Source: Macrostomum lignano
Lineage: Eukaryota
Assembly (NCBI GenBank): GCA_002269645.1
Contig: NIVC01000386.1
Location: forward strand, 1-64,000
Direction: 5' to 3'
DNA length: 64,000 bases
Made by a program: the position numbers and the translations under genes. Below are positions 58,280 through 64,000 of this stretch, piece by piece. Position 1 is the first letter of the stretch, and every line of letters begins with the position of its first letter. The notes beneath the pieces were generated by a model that did no database searches, was not told the DNA's origin, and was given only the letters and a program-made list of their open reading frames with translations.

Positions 58280-58472
58280 AAATCTCAGTCCCATTAACAG
58301 GAATCCCAATTCAAATAGCAAAAATCCCAATCCCACTAACAGAAATCCCAATTCAAATAGCAGAAATCCCAATCCCACTAACAGAAATCCCAATTCAAAT
58401 AGCAGAAATACCATTAACAAATACCAATCCTACTAACAGAAATCCCAATCCCACCAACAAAAATCCCAATCC
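58280..58472. repeat. AATCCCAAT-rich ~41-bp degenerate repeat
   Basis: Direct observation. Confidence 0.8.
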
Positions 58473-58869
58473 TTGCTCCAACTATGCCAACCAGTAATTT
58501 CGCACAGAATGCCTCCCGAGGTGTCGCCCAGACCAGCTGGCCTCGCCGCGCTGGTAATTATTTCCTGCCTCCTTCAAAAGAATCGCCTTAAAATGTGGAT
58601 TTCTGATCTGCGAGCTCGTGACGGGGCCTGCGATTCCCTTCATTGCGAAGCTTAGCGCTGTTTGAACTCGAATTTCCGCCAGCTCAGTTCAATAAGAAAT
58701 TGCTTTTTGCTGCAGTCGGGGGCGCTGGCATGCTGCACTACATTAATGACTAGAATTCAACAGTGCCTGCTGCGCCGCAATAGCAACCTGTCAATCAGCG
58801 GTTTTTGAGCACTGAGCTGCTTGAAATCCAATACACATGTACCTGCATGTTAACTCTTCAATTATTGCC

Positions 58870-59185
58870 ACCTCTCCTCCCTCTTCTCCCTTCTCCCTTC
58901 TCTCTTCTCTCTCCCTCTCTCTCCCTCCCTCTCTTCTCCCTCCCTCCCTCTCCTCCCCTTCCTCTCCTCTCCTCCCTCTCTTCTCCCCTCCCTCTCTTCT
59001 CCCTCCCTCTCCCTCCCTCTCCCTCTTCTCCCCTCCCTCTTCCTCTCCTCCCTCCCTCTTCCTCTCCTCCCTCCCTCTTCCTCTCCTCCCTCCCTCTTCC
59101 TCTCCTCCCTCCCTCTTCCTCTCCTCCCTCCCTCTTCCTCTCATCCCTCCCTCTTCCTCTCCTCCCTCCCTCTCTTCTCCCCTCC
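58870..59185. repeat. Polypyrimidine (CT-rich) simple repeat
   Basis: Direct observation. Confidence 0.92.
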
Positions 59186-60675
59186 CTGTCTGCCTGCTTT
59201 TGTATTGTCCCAGGTAACGTTAAACATTATTGTTCACTTTGTTCTCCCCACTCCGTTATTGTAGTCGGCCTCTCAGTCTCGCTGACTTCTATCTCCCAGC
59301 TTCCCCTTCTCTGCAACAGTCCCTTGCTTCATCGTCTTTCAGAGCAGGTCGCCCCCGGTAGTCTCGCGCTCCTCCGGCTGCCAAGCAGAGAGTAGAAAAA
59401 GTAAACACGGCAGGGCAGAAATTTCCTGTTTGCTACTGGCGGAAATTTTTCTGTTGTACGCGGCTGGTGCAAGTTTCAATGCTTAGGCCGCTTTCAATCA
59501 TTGATTAGCACTGCTGCGGCTGCTGTGCTGTTGCTGCTGCTGCTGTTGCTGCTGCTGCAATTCATCAGAAGCCATATACTGTTCCCCTGCTTTTTGCACT
59601 TTGCAAGGCAACTTGCGGCTCTGAAACCTGTTGCATTTTTAGCTGAGAATCTCCACAGAATGAGCAGATTGAATTTGCTCAGAACATTCACCGGAATCAA
59701 ACCCAAAAATGATTCTTGAGCCCAGAGCAGCAGAAAGTTCACTTCAGCAATCTGTGTGAATGGCAGACAGACAGTCAATATTTATTTTTGCATGCAAACT
59801 TCTGAGCCCAGGTGAGCCAGCTGCAATTACAGTTGGCAGGAATGGCAGCTCCGCAGCTCATTACTGAAATAGTGGAAGTCAGCAGCTACTGAAGGCGTCG
59901 CGCACTGCTGACCTCCCGTGACCAGCAATTCACTGCGAGCTAATCGCCATCTTCATCATCATTCAGCTTCGTCTTCCCCCCCCCGGAGACAGTATCTGCG
60001 TTGCGAGTGTTTCCCCGAGACAGGAAGGAGTCCAGCGATTTGATAGCCGATCTGCTTTGAGGCAAAAAGTGTTTTTGGTTTTGAAAACAAATTTTAAAAG
60101 CTGTCTGCAGCCTCTGAATTGCATTGAAAGACGTTTCCCATTCCAGTTGACTTTATTCTCAAACCTGCTTATTGGCAATTTTTAAGTATTTCCTGAATTC
60201 CTCAATATGCAGTAAAAAAGTGGGGATTTGCGATCTGCAATGCTGGGACGCACCAGAATCTGCAATTCTGTCTGCTTCAATCTGCATCAAGGCAATTTCA
60301 TCTCCTATCGTAGATTTCTGCTCCGAGTCCGCAGAAGCAAACAATCACGAAGACCTCGGGAACAGAACAGAGTAGCTTTGTTGCTATGAGTAAATCGCAC
60401 TGCCCCGATTTGTGTCCGATGATTGCTCTGTCCACTGCTCACTGCTCAGAGAGATGCGCCAATCCCGAGTCACTCATGTAGCTGTTCGGCACAGTTGGGA
60501 TGATTTTCGATACAAGACCAAATGGTTGTCTGCTGATCCCTCTCGGCAGATTTCAACTCTGTGCTCATCCCCATGCAAGTGCAAATGCGGTTCGCGTGCA
60601 CCGAGTCTTGGACAGAGGGCCTGAGCACTGAGTCTTCAAACCAGAGGGGCCATCTGCAATTACAATATTTAGATT

Positions 60676-61101
60676 GTGGTCAGGAGTGGCGCTTAAATTT
60701 GAGTCAGAAGTGGCGCTTAAATTGAGGTCAGGAGTGGCGCGTAAATTGAGGTCAGGAGTGGCGCGTAAATTGAGGTCAGGAGTGGCGCCTAAATTGAGGT
60801 CAGGAGTGGCGCCTAAATTGAGGTCAGGAGTGGCGCCTAAATTGAGGTCAGGAGTGGCGCCTAAATTGAGGTCAGGAGTGGCGCGTAAATTGAGGTCAGG
60901 AGTGGCGCTTAAATTGAGGTCAGGAGTGGCGCTTAAATTGAGGTCAGGAGTGGCGCTTAAATTAGAGTCAGGAGTGGCGCTTCAATTGAGGTCAGGAGTG
61001 GCGCCTAAATTGTGTTCAGGAGTGGCGCTTAAATTGAGTTCAGGAGTGGCGCCTAAATTGAGGTCAGGAGTGGCGCTTAAATTAGAGTCAGGAGTGGCGC
61101 C
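60676..61101. repeat. 24-bp minisatellite (GTCAGGAGTGGCGCCTAAATTGAG)
   Basis: Direct observation. Confidence 0.96.
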
Positions 61102-61783
61102 AAAAGCAGGAAATGGCGCTAAAAATGCTCCGTTTTGAACTCTAGAGCAGCGGCTGACAAATATTAGTTTTAGTCTTTCTAGAAAATCAATTATTGAATT
61201 AGCGCTGTCTTTCAAATCTCACCTGGATTTCCCCTCTTCAAATAATCCAAAAAAGAAATAAAAGCCGGGCAAATTTGCACGCGCCGCCAGAAATCAACAA
61301 TTAATTCATAAGCAGCGCCTTTGTCTCTCCGCGCCACAAGCCCCGGTTGCATGGCTGAAGTCTTCAAGGCGCCGCGCCCATATCCCCCTCCGCAATGTCC
61401 CTCGCTGGGTTTCTTTGATGAAACTTCTTCTGTCTCACCCGTTGGGCCGCAGCATCGGCTGGGAGGCGGAGGGCGCAGGAAGCCGCTTTTTGTTTGACGC
61501 GCCACGGCAAGTCGCGGGCTGGCCCGGGGGTCCGCAGAGCCAATTAGTGGGGGGGGGGGGCAGCGGCCCTCGTGACCGCTAGGATGCGAAAGCAGGACTT
61601 CAACTTTAACTGAACCCTGTTGCTGTGGTCTGGCCAGCTCACCCTAGGTGTGGGGGATTTTCTGTTGAAGAAACTGAGAACTGATTAAGAGCTGGACAAG
61701 AGGATGGCAATAAGCTGCATCTCATTATGACTTGGCCTGAGGCTTCCTAACTGCCTGTCTGTACTCTCCTGCGCTGCTGACAT

Positions 61784-63405
<1,622 letters not shown>

Positions 63406-63840
63406 TCGGTCAGGCGGCATCCCCAGCCAATCGCGGCGGTCCCCAGCTGCAGCGCCCTGCCCTCTAAATGCGGTTCCCCGGCAGGCCAGCCGCGTCTCCT
63501 GTCCGCAGCCCAGCAGAGACGAAGTGGCAGCCCGCCAGCACCCGCAGAGGAGCAGCTCAGCCCATCGACTCGATACGGCTCAGGATTAGCAGCACGGGAA
63601 ACCGGTCTGAATAGTCGATCGCGGATCAGCAGCTCCGGTGAGGGTCGCCTTGGCAACTCCATTGCACTCCAGGTGTCAATTCTCTCTGGGATTTCAGTGC
63701 CAGAGTTGATGGCGTCTCAGCTAATTCGGGGGGGATTTCAGACTTGAGATGCGGCTTGATGGAGAGGCTTGCGGCCAGGAGTGGAAAGTAGCTCGATACT
63801 TGGCTGGTAAGCACAGGCGGAGTGAAGCTCATCATAAGCA

Positions 63841-64000
63841 GCGGAGTGACACCTCAGCACAGTAAGCAGAGTGACACCTCAGCACAGTAAGCAGAGTGAC
63901 ACCTCAGCACAGTAAGCAGAGTGACACCCCTCAGCACAGAAAGCAGAGTGACACCCCTCAGCACAGAAAGCAGAGTGACACCTCAGCACAGTAAGCAGAG
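63841..64000. repeat. 25-bp minisatellite (GCAGAGTGACACCTCAGCACAGTAA), runs off the window end
   Basis: Period 25 verified. Confidence 0.93.

Noticed and set aside
60674-61138. 154-aa RSGVAPKL repeat ORF
   Set aside because: 24-bp tandem array artefact with a non-ATG start.

Overview
Eukaryotic animal genomic DNA with GC-rich exons, GT-AG introns and an extreme minisatellite and (GACA)n/(GATA)n load. The style suggests a free-living flatworm such as Macrostomum (inference, not proven). The main feature is a >=32 kb, probably ~45 kb, plus-strand MAST-family Ser/Thr kinase gene (DUF1908, kinase, AGC-C, PDZ). I reconstructed its core exons by splice phase from 15403 to 47328, plus several candidate alternative 5' exons from 2203 onward. 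One 10.6 kb intron (29699-40325) contains three complete nested genes: TMEM237 (-) and a tail-to-tail pair of intronless MICU2/3-like paralogs. Downstream is an AT-rich, almost minisatellite-free island (~48-55 kb). It holds a solitary histone H4, four histone-type 3' stem-loops of which three have no histone ORF, and the 5' exons of PIGK/GPI8. The window ends in more tandem arrays. Most long ORFs in the track are artefacts of stop-free tandem repeats. Homology calls rest on remembered family motifs; no database search was run.
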